Assembly: GCF_009914755.1 (NCBI RefSeq) | Contig: NC_060931.1 | From: the human T2T-CHM13v2.0 reference genome, Homo sapiens | Length of the DNA stretch: 64,000 bases | Strand: one strand, 5' to 3' | Notes under the pieces: generated by a model | The model's database searches: none | What the model saw: the letters and a program-made list of their open reading frames with translations, nothing else | What the model was told of the DNA's origin: nothing | Position numbers and translations under genes: made by a program | Part shown: positions 54,313-64,000 of the stretch, piece by piece | How positions within the stretch are numbered: the stretch's first letter is position 1 | How the letters are laid out: each line of letters opens with the position of its first letter

Positions 54313-55631
54313 GATTCTTATAACCCCCTCATCTAAAGGCTGAATTAGAGACATGTTTAGGAGGCAAGCAGACCACTTCAATACCTTTGATGTTAAACTC
54401 ATGGGTTCTGGGTGGCCAGGAGCATTGTCTAATATCAAAAGAACTTTAAAAGGCAGTCCGTTACTGTCTAAGTACTTTCTGACTTCAAGAACAAAGAAAG
54501 CATCAATGTAACCAATCCGGAAAAAGTGCTCTCATTGTCCATGCCTTCTTGTTGTACAACCAAAATACTGGCAGCTGAGGCTTATCTTTTCCCTTCAAGG
54601 ATCAGGGATGAACAGCTTTACACATAAGAGCATATCTATAGATATGGACTCATCCTAAACCGGATTGCATTTATACAAAACAGTAGAGTTAGCCTACTCC
54701 TTTCTGACATAAATCCTTGGACTTGCTTCTCTTCCTTATTAATAAAAGTCCTTTGTGGCATTTTTTTTTTCTAAAATAGGGCACTTTCGACTGCATTAAA
54801 AACCTTTTCAGGCAGATATCCTTTCTTCTCAATGATTTTTTTTAATAGCATCTAGGAACATTTCTGCTGCCTCTTGATTGGCAGAAGCTCCTTCTCCTGC
54901 TATCTTGACATTTTTTTAAAGCCAAATATCTTTCTAAAATTATCAAACCATCCTTTGCTGGCATTAAATGACCCAGCTCTGATCCTTAATCTTACTTTTA
55001 ATTTGAATTGACTTTGCTTTTCCTCTAATCATATTAGAGTCTATAGGTATGCCTTTCTCACAGCAATCCTGCACCCATGTGAAAGCTGCATTTTCAATAT
55101 GAGATAAATGTATTGTACAAAAAGTGCAAGGTTTTTGCACCTGCTGTTGTAGCTGCAGTGATGGCTTTTACGAATTTTGTTTTTGTTTTGTTTTGTTTTC
55201 TTTTACAATGGTTCTTATGCTAGATTCATTTATCTTGAAATGGCAGGCAACTAACTGCAGCTGCAGACCTCACATCTATAGTATGTATCAAGCAGTTCAA
55301 CTTTTTCCTGTAATGTCATGACTTTTCTCTGCTTGTTGGGAGCACTTCCAGCAACACTAGTGTCACTTGATATGGGTTCCCTGGTGTTATTTAATGTTTA
55401 TGGTATTGCACTAAACATGATTTTTAAAATACGCAAGAATCATGAGAGATCACTTTTTATTGCAATATGCAATTTACTGGAGAGATGAACTGCTCCTGCT
55501 GAGATTGTTAGTGTCACTGCATTTTAAGCAGGTACAACACTTGAACTCACTGCAGTAGCAACAGGAAGTGGCTACAAAATTACTGGGGTAGTACAGTACA
55601 TACTATGGTTTTATTTTATGATTTAACACTA

Positions 55632-55991
55632 TGTATTAGTCTGTTCTCATGCTGCTAATAAAGACATGCCCAAGATTGGGTAATTTATAAAGGAAAGAGG
55701 TTTAATGGACTCACAGTTCCACATAGCTGGGGAGGCCTCACAATCATGGCGGAAGATGAAGGAAGAGCAGAGGGACATCTCACATGGCAGCAGGCAAGAC
55801 AGCATATGCAGGGGAACTCCCCTTTATAAAATCATCAGATCTCATGAGACTTATTCACTATCATGAGAATAGCATGGGAAAAACCCACTCCCAGGATTCA
55901 TTTACCTCCCACTGGGACCCTCCCATAACATGTGAAGATTATTACCATTCAAGGTGAGATTTGGATGAGGACACAGAGCCAAAACATGTAA
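55632..55991 (-). mobile_element. THE1/MST solo LTR inserted in Tigger2
   Basis: tgtattagtctgttctcatgctgctaataaagac...ggacacagagccaaa. Confidence 0.9.
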
Positions 55992-56379
55992 CACTGTATC
56001 TTTACAGTTGTTGACATGTGTCTTGACTGTGAATGGTGCCTTATATGGTCTGTAAGTGTTTGTGTGCATAAAATTTGATCACTTTTAACTTTTTTTAATT
56101 ATAGGTTTGTGTATATCTTATGGTAGTAAATAATAAGACGAGTAACTACATATATTTTATGCATTTATAACATACTTAACTTTTTCTTAATTTTTTGATA
56201 TTTCTAGGCTACATGGCTTGTGAGTTTTTTCAAATTGTTGCAAGTCTTCAAAAAATTTTCCAATACATTTATTGAAAAAAACCTACATATAAGTGGACCC
56301 ACTCAGTTCAAACCCGTGCTGTTCAAGGGTCACCTGTATTTTATAAAAATGCTCACTAGTCCACAATAATGTGCTGAAA

Positions 56380-57120
56380 AACTGCAGAGCACAGATCACA
56401 GGCAGGGTAGAGGTTATGAGCAGGTTTTGACATCATGCAGTCAGAATAAGTGTGGGCTCTAATGTCACATACACCATTAATCAATAAACAAATGGTACAC
56501 CATTAACCAATAAACAAAGAAATAGGAAAGAAACATCAAGGGCTGCGAAGTATCATGAATTAATTCAGGTGTCAGGAATGGCCTCTCTGAAGAGGTAATA
56601 ATTTTGGGATATGAATAACGTAAAGTCAGCCAAGAGAAGATCAGAGGCAATCAGCTTAAAACATTCCAGGAATTGCAAGAATGCCCACTGGGCCAGGGCA
56701 CACAGGCATAAGAGACTGTGATGCCAGATAAGGCCATAAAGGTCATCAGGAGTTAGATCATACAGAGTTTGGTAATCCATGATAAAAGATTAGATTTTGT
56801 TCCAAGTATGATCAGAAGCCATTTGGGAGTTTTAAGTAAGGGTTGGCATTATTAGATTTTTATTTATGAGAGGTCAGAATGACTTCTGTAAGAATGTAGA
56901 CTATAGTTGGATAAGAATGGAAGAAGTTGAAGCAGGGAGATTGGTTAGGAGGCTGTTGCTGTGTGACTGTGAGCAAGTTACTTGATCTCTCTGAATCTTG
57001 GGTTTCATTATCTATCCAACAGGGATAATTCAACAGGGTTATTGACAGCATTAAATTAGATCAAGTATTTAGAGCTGTTAGAATGATACTTGTTATATAA
57101 GAAGTACTAAATAGCAGCTT
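56380..57120. mobile_element. L2 and MIR fragments
   Basis: gtcaggaatggcctctctgaagagg, gccatttgggagttttaag, gagcaagttacttgatctctctgaatc. Confidence 0.65.
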
Positions 57121-58551
57121 GAGAAGTGTGTTCAGGTGGAAGTTGATTTTCAATATTATGTGGACTGGTTGGTGCAGATCCACTACTTTCCCTACCTACT
57201 TCTGTCCCTCTCATGAGCCACCCCTGAATTAGAAAATGTATCACATCCCTGACCTTTGCTCAGAAAATCTGCCATATCCACACATAATTCATTTCCATCT
57301 GCTCCCCTTCCTTTGGCCCCTCTGACAGAACTCCAAGAGTCTTAAATCTCATGTGTCACTTCAAAGGTGCTAACCTGTGGTTTGCATGAATTAGCTTAGG
57401 ATCAGATTGTATCATCTTCTTCCTAAAAGCAATCTAAGACTCCCTTCTGGGACATTTCAAATACCTCATTAAATAATGACACTGTTAACTAGAATGCTTT
57501 CTCCTTTTTTTATATTTTGTCCTAGATTTTTCCATCTTCTCAGGGGAAGAGTCAACACCATGGGGGAGACCCCCAAAGTACAATATTAAAGGAAGTCATT
57601 GGCACAGAATGTATTCCCTGGCAGGGGCCAACGTTACTTGAGCCAGACCACAATAGAACCCTGTGGGTCAGCACCATCCTGATGTACCTCCAGAAATAGG
57701 CCTCCGGGAGCCTGATAGGATGCCTCGCATGAGGTTTGTCCCCTACAGACACTGGCTGGGGAGGTACTACAGCTGGCCCAAAAGATTTTCCAGAGGGAAC
57801 CCCCCAAAAATGGGATAAAGAGTCTGAAGAGATAGCAGAGAGGTAAAGGACAAAGCATTAGTGGCAATGACCAACATCTGGGGCCTTCTTCATCATTCAC
57901 TTGGTGAGGTAGCTGGGCCTACTGACAACCAGAGCCACTCTGATCTGTGTGAGTCCCTGCCCTAACTCCTGGGAATCTCAGAATGTTCATCACACATATA
58001 TCCCTGTCCTAAATGTTAGTTATGGCAGTCAGCCCTGCTCTGACCTCTCATTTCCACTATGATACAGATCATGTGATATCAGACTGCATTCTGCCATCAG
58101 AGGAACTCTTTGTTTTATAACAGAAAGAGAAACAACTTTGGAGCACAACTGTCTGAGCTTGAATCCCAGCTCCAAGACCTATCAGCTCTAAAGTCCAGAG
58201 CCATGACCTGCCTGTGCCTCAGCCCCACTAGAAAAATGAGATAATAGACCCCATATGGTTGCTATAAGGAATAAGACATTTGCCTGGAAACACAGTAAAT
58301 GCCACATAAGCATTTGTTAAATAATGGGAAAAAAAAGACAAGTATGCAGGGGAAAAAAAAGAAGTAAAAAAAGGGTAAAGATAAACAGAAATAGGATGAA
58401 GGGAGGAGCATGATAAAAAAAAAGAAAGAGTGGTAGTAATTTAAAACAGATATAATAAATACCCCTAGCATTTTTCCATATTTAATCTCCCCCCTCACAT
58501 GTACAAATAAAATGGGCTTACTTTCCTCAATAAAGGAATGGATTTAAGCTT

Positions 58552-58610
58552 GAAAGAAAAGAAAGAAAGCAAGAAAGCAAGAAAGCAAGAAAGCAAGAAA
58601 GCAAGAAAGC

Positions 58611-58662
<52 letters not shown>

Positions 58663-58832
58663 AAAGAAAGAAAAAGAAAAGAAGGAAGAAGGGAAGGAAG
58701 GAAAAAAGGAAAGAAAAGAAGGAAAGAAGGAAGGAAGGAAAGAAGGAAGGAAGGAGTGGAGAGAGAGTGAAAGTGAGAGAAAAGAAAGAAGAAAATAACT
58801 AAGGGAAGGAGGAAAGTGGGGAGGAAGGAAGA
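58552..58832. repeat. Compound polypurine STR: (AAGAAAGC)n-(GAAA)n-(GGAA)n
   Basis: Directly visible; about six octamer units followed by about twelve GAAA units. Confidence 0.95.
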
Positions 58833-59081
58833 ACAGTGTGAAGACAATGGCCTGAAAACTGAAAAAGTCTGTTAAAGTTAATTATCAGTTTTTGAGTCCA
58901 AGAACTGGCTTTGCTACTTTCTGTAAGTTTCTAATTTACTGAATAAGCATGAAAAAGATTGCTTTGAGGAATGGTTATAAACACATTCTTAGAGCATAGT
59001 AAGCAGTAGGGAGTAACAAAATAACACTGATTAGAATACTTTACTCTACTTAATTAATCAATCATATTTAGTTTGACTCAC

Positions 59082-59285
59082 CTTCCCAGCACCTTCTAGT
59101 TCTTTCTTATCTTTCAGTGCTTGTCCAGACAACATTTTCATTTCAACAACTCCTGCTATTGCAATGATGGGTACAATTGCTAAGAGTAACAGTGTTAGTT
59201 GCCAACCATAGATGAAGGATATAATTATTCCTGTCCCAAGATTTGCTATATTCTGGGTAATTACAGCAAGCCTGGAACCTATAGC
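59082..59285 (-). CDS. ABCB1: ABCB1 exon (204 nt, c.2482-2685), TM9-10; carries c.2677 (position 59090, G allele, Ala893)
   Basis: tttgcag|GCTATAGG...GGGAAG|gtgag; [68 protein letters not shown]. Confidence 0.97.
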
Positions 59286-60074
59286 CTGCAAAACAAAACA
59301 AATTAGAGAAATTTTAAAAATATTATCTTCACAACTCATGCTTCTATTTTCTGAAAACTCACCTTCATGAGACTATATTCATTATTTTATCAGTAATGAA
59401 CTAAAAAGTAAAGGTCTACTTGTAAGTTTATTGAGTTTCTACAGTAAGAATTTCCATGACTTCAGAATGCTGAAAGTAGAATATCAACAATCTAGAGTTC
59501 AATTACATATTCCTATCTCTTTGGATCTTTTAATACCAAGAAAACCTTCATTAATCACGGCAACATTACTAAAGCAATATCTGCAAATTAGCAAGATAAA
59601 GGAGTCTGACAAACTAGGAATGATGGAAATTTCCAATGTTAGGTATATTATTATTTGTAATTTAAGCCTAACGTTTGTCATTAATAATATTCAAATATAT
59701 CTGGGTCTGTTTGAGATATAATGTTTAATTTGGAAAAAATACAGAGCTGAAAATTATGGAATTTAATTTAAGATAGTAAGCGCGCATTATTATCTTCCCC
59801 TTGAATTCCAGAGGGAGTCTGAAGCATGACTTTCACTAGTGTGCACTGAGTTCCAGCTCTAAAGCCAGAAGTCAAACTGCAAAGTGAATTTAATCCACCA
59901 CTGTATAATGTCCAACTGTAAACCAGATTTCCAACTCTGAAACCAAAAGTCAAGCTACAAAGTCAGTTTAGTCCATCACTCTATAATTTAGTCCAGCACA
60001 TCTCCTCTACCCTGGAAATATTCTGTGCCCTCAAGCCATTCCAAATGCCTGCCCTGGCCCCAGACCTGCCTTTT

Positions 60075-60664
60075 CTGAAAAGGGGCTGGGTAAAATAAGG
60101 CTGAGATCTACTGGGCTACATTCCCAGGAGGTTAGGCATTCTAAGTCACAGGATGCGACAGGAGGTCAGCACAAGATACAGGTCGCTAAGACCTTGCTGA
60201 TAAAACAAGCTGTGGTAAAGAAGCCAGCCAAATCCTACCAAAATCAAGATGGTGACAAAAGTGACCTCTGGTTGTTCTCACTGCTCATTATACGCTAATT
60301 ATAATGTATTAGCATGCTCAAAGACACACCAGCGCCATGACAATTTACAAATGCCATGGCAACGTTACCCTATATGGTCTAAAAATGGGAGGAACCCTCA
60401 GTTCTGAGAAGAGCCCACCCCTTTTCCTAGGAAACTCATGAATAATCCACCCCTTGTTTAGCATGTAATCAAGAAGTAACAATAAGTATAAGCAGCTGAG
60501 CATCCCATGCTGCTGTTCTGCCTATGAAGTAGCTATTCTTAATTTTTTCACTTTCTTAATAAACTTGCTTTCACTTTACTCTGTGGATTCGCCTTGAATT
60601 CTTTCTTGTACAAGATCCAAGAACCCTCTTTCAAGGTCTGCATCGGGACCCCTTTCTAGTAACA
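60075..60664 (+). mobile_element. MER41-family solo LTR (ERV1)
   Basis: ggggctggggtaaaataaggctgaga...ggtcagcacaagatacaggtc...cttaataaacttgctttcactttactct...agtaaca. Confidence 0.88.
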
Positions 60665-62420
60665 ATAGAATCCTTTATAATTCCCTACATTAATCCCTAC
60701 AAAATCATTTAACACCTGTCTGATATAAACACCAGACTAGTATTTAGGAAAAGAGTGCTATAACTATCAGTAGCCTTTAAATACATTAAATTCCATACCA
60801 TGGAGCTGCACCAGGGCTGAAAGAGGTATCATAAATAATAGAACACCTGTATATTTTGTTGATGCAATCATTGAGCTTATATTAAAGGGATGATTTGCCA
60901 AATTTGGGATAAATCAGACTGGAATGGTTTTCAAAGCCAGCTCTCTGCATTTCACATCTTTAGTTTGAAGGTCAAAGGATGCAAGCTGGAGAACGGCTGT
61001 GGCACAGGGATGATATAAGTTGCTCCTGTTCTCAGTATCTACAAGTTCTACTCAGAGCTCATTTCCCACTGCAGCTACTGACTTATGGGCTTGTGAGAGA
61101 AGCTCTTAGAATATCACCTAGAATCACTTCTAGGTGTGAGTTCATGGCAGAGGAATTACCTGGCTATTTAACTTTTCAGACATATAAATGTGCAGCTTTG
61201 GATAGTAGTGAAGGGCCACAGAAATAAATAAGATGGATCAAAGATGGCAAATTCTTTAATGTACCAAAAAGAGTAACTAAGAAGTCTAAGACCTTAAACT
61301 GCAAGGAGATTTAACCCCTCGGCTTCATTTGATTTAGCACTTCAGACATTACACTGATTACTATTCCTTTATTCTGAAGATTAACACTCACTGTCCTACA
61401 TCTATTTCTACAGAGTAGGAGTCTATAGAAATATGGGGACTAAGAAGAATGGAAGAGCACAGATTAGTAGCCAGAAAATTTTCATTGTAAAGACTAGGGT
61501 TGAGGGGAGGAACTAAAACCTGTCAGCCAAAAACAGGTCAGCTAGTGGTGTAAAGTAGATCCAACAGTCCTCTCTCAGTCAATCTGTGATAACAGCTACA
61601 TTGGGCTTTCCTAGGTTGACAATGTTTGCCAACCTGCTCATTTCCTCTTCCCTGGTCTTTCCTTTTTAGCCACTGTTTTAAGTTCTGGAAAACAGTTTTG
61701 CTTGAGTGGCTCATATAAGGTGAGTGCAGCCATCTTGGCAGGGCCAAGTTTGAGGTGTCTTTGAGGAAACAAGTGAAAAGCAGAAGGTTGACCCCAGCAG
61801 GCAATTAGAGACAGTGAATATGGCAAAGGGCCTCACAAACAGCACTATGGAGGGAAAAAGTGACCACCAATTTTACAAATATAGGAACTCACTGTGGCCT
61901 AAGGCAGGTCATAACACCAGAGGAATTTGAGAGGCAGGAAGAAAAACTGCAATACAGAATGCCCTGAATACATCTGCTCTGGGTTCTGCTGCAAAAGACT
62001 GAGTTGCCTCCAGGATTGTGTCTTCCACGTCAAATGTGATGCGGGATATTTGTCCATCAAAGCACATGAGCCCATACCACAGGGTCTGTGTCATATTGTG
62101 CAATGTCACATTGCACTGGTTACTGTTCCTTTATTCCAAAGACTAATGCTCACTGTCTCATGTATATTCCTCCTACAGAGTAGGAGTCTATAGAGTTGTG
62201 AGGACCAAAATGAATGGAGAAGCATAGTAAAACTTATTTAGTAAACCAATTATAAAAAAGGTTTACTAAAGTTAGCAGTGCAAATTTCAGCCTTCTTGAC
62301 ATCTACATATGGATGTCTAATACAGACGTCACAAACTTACCATGTCTCATACAGAACTCTCCATTCTCCCCCAAGCCTGCTTCTCCAACAGGCTTCTGAA
62401 TTTCATAAAGATCAACTCCA

Positions 62421-62728
62421 GCTGGGCATGGCAGCTCACACCTGTAATCTCAACACTTTGGGAGGCTGAGGCAGGGAGGATCACTTGAGCCCAGGAGTTC
62501 AAGACCAGACTGGGCAACATAGGGAGACCCTGTCTCTACAAAAAATTTAAAAATTAGCTCGACATGGTGGTGCACACCTGTGGTCCCAGCTACCAGGAAG
62601 GCTGAGAAGGGAGGATTGCTTGAGCCCATGAGTTCTAGGTTATAGTGAGCTGTAATCATGCCACTGCAGTCTGGCCTGGGCTACAAAGAGAGACCCTGTC
62701 TCTTTAAAAAAAAAAAAAAAAAAAAAAA
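62421..62728 (+). mobile_element. AluJ-like inserted in an L2 remnant (~62290-63120)
   Basis: gctgggcatggcagctcacacctgtaatc...gagaccctgtctct(A)n. Confidence 0.93.
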
Positions 62729-63127
62729 CTCCATTTTTTTTTTCCACTGTGCAGGTAAAAGAATTTGGAGTCATCTTTAAATACCCTTTCTCTCATATCC
62801 ATCATCTTATCCAACCAACACATTGTTGGCTGTACATCTAAAATATATCCAGAATTAATTATATCTTATAGCCTTTTGTATAACCAAATTAGTCTAAAAC
62901 ACTATCATCTCCTCCTGGATTACTGCAACAGACTCCTTCTATGCTTGCCCCCTTCGGCCTATTCACACAGTTTCTATAGTGATCCTTTCAAAATTTCAGA
63001 TCATGTCACTTCTGTGTTCAAAACCCTACAGTGGTTTTCCATCTACTTCTGGATATAATGCTGACCTTAACACACTTATGACTCTTCTTTTCACTCACTT
63101 TATTCCAGCCACTCTGTCTTCTTTGCA

Positions 63128-63275
63128 TTTTTTTTTTTTTTTGAGACATAGTCTTGCTTTGTCACCCAGGCTGGAGTGCAGTGGTGCAATCTCAGCTCTG
63201 CAACCTCCACCTCCTGAGTTCAAGTAATTCTCGTACCTCAGCCTCCCGAGTAGCTGGGATTACAGGCGTGCACCT
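63128..63275 (-). mobile_element. Alu right-arm fragment
   Basis: poly(T) then gagacatagtcttgctttgtcacccaggctgg...gattacaggcgtgcacc. Confidence 0.9.
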
Positions 63276-64000
63276 GTAATTACATTCTATACAACTTGAT
63301 CTAAACCTTGTTTTTATTGTTTTGTTTGCTTTAGGCAAAGAAGTTTGTATTAAAACAACAATTACAAAGAGGAGCTGGTACTATGCCTTCTGAAACTATT
63401 CCAAACAATAGAAAAAGAGGGACTCCTAAGGTTTATATTTCAACGTTATAACTCTATGTATTTCCTCATTTATAGCTTAATTTATTCTTAAAGAAGCCCC
63501 ATATATTAGATAGAAGAAATGTTAGTATAGTACTAACTTACAGAAAAGATTTAAAGATAAAGATGGATAAGGTTCAAGAGGGGAAAAGACACACCAGAGA
63601 TTACATGAATTTTTTCAAATTCTACATCATTTTGTGGACTTTTGCCATAAACAGTTGTAGAAGAAATTGTCACTTCAGCCAAAAATCAAAACCTGCTGGT
63701 TCAATAGTATCTAGTTATATCAAGAGATTCATACAGTAGCAAAATTTAAGTTATTAAAATTATTAAAGTTTAAAGTTATTAAAGATAAAGACTGAAGTTA
63801 TTCTATTCTTGCCTTAATTTTTTAATGTGCTTTTCATTTCCTTCAACCTATATTTTAGAGGATTGTCTTCCCTCCCTTCTGTAACCATAGTGACTCTAAA
63901 CTTTCTTACAGCAATTAAATACATCCTTTCTTCAGTAGCAATTACTGTTTTATGTTGATTGAGCACTTTATACTCTCTTTTCTAAATAACTATTCTACAT

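Larger units (their letters stand above)
53147..56336 (-). mobile_element. Near full-length Tigger2 (pogo family) DNA transposon, interrupted by an Alu monomer and a THE1/MST LTR
   Basis: TA-flanked ends (right end, minus strand: caggtgacccttgaacagcacgggtttgaactg); transposase remnant in ORF 53771-54073 (CWRKLCPD-VHDFTGF...EELTEDDL). Confidence 0.88.

Noticed and set aside
56470-56518. 26-nt-period tandem duplication (tacaccattaa(t/c)caataaacaaa)
   Set aside because: Ordinary slippage duplication within an L2 region; two units only, not an array
58527-58847. Lys/Glu/Arg-rich and Phe/Leu/Ser-rich ORFs
   Set aside because: Translations of the GAAA microsatellite

Overview
Human genomic DNA from the 7q21.12 ABCB4/ABCB1 (MDR3/MDR1) locus; both genes are on the minus strand. 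The right half holds the last eight coding exons of ABCB1 (c.2482 to stop: end of TMD2 plus NBD2) and its 3' UTR. The left end holds the ABCB4 CpG-island promoter and exons 1-3. Most of the rest is repeats: three nested L1s, a near full-length Tigger2, a MER41 LTR, MaLR LTRs, Alus, L2 and MIR, plus an HNRNPA1 processed pseudogene in an ABCB1 intron. Main observations: (1) a ~0.8 kb inverted, CpG-decayed copy of ABCB4 intron 1/exon 2/intron 2 lies ~23 kb upstream; it has lost the ATG and splice donor but shares a 97-bp perfect-identity tract with the gene, suggesting gene conversion and a possible inversion substrate; (2) the ABCB1 NBD2 H-loop reads AHCL instead of AHRL (c.3697C>T, p.Arg1233Cys) on a 2677G/3435C haplotype; (3) an intronic MER41 LTR retains tandem STAT motifs. 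No new protein-coding system is supported. Repeat subfamily names and dbSNP IDs are from recall of consensus sequences, not from a search.
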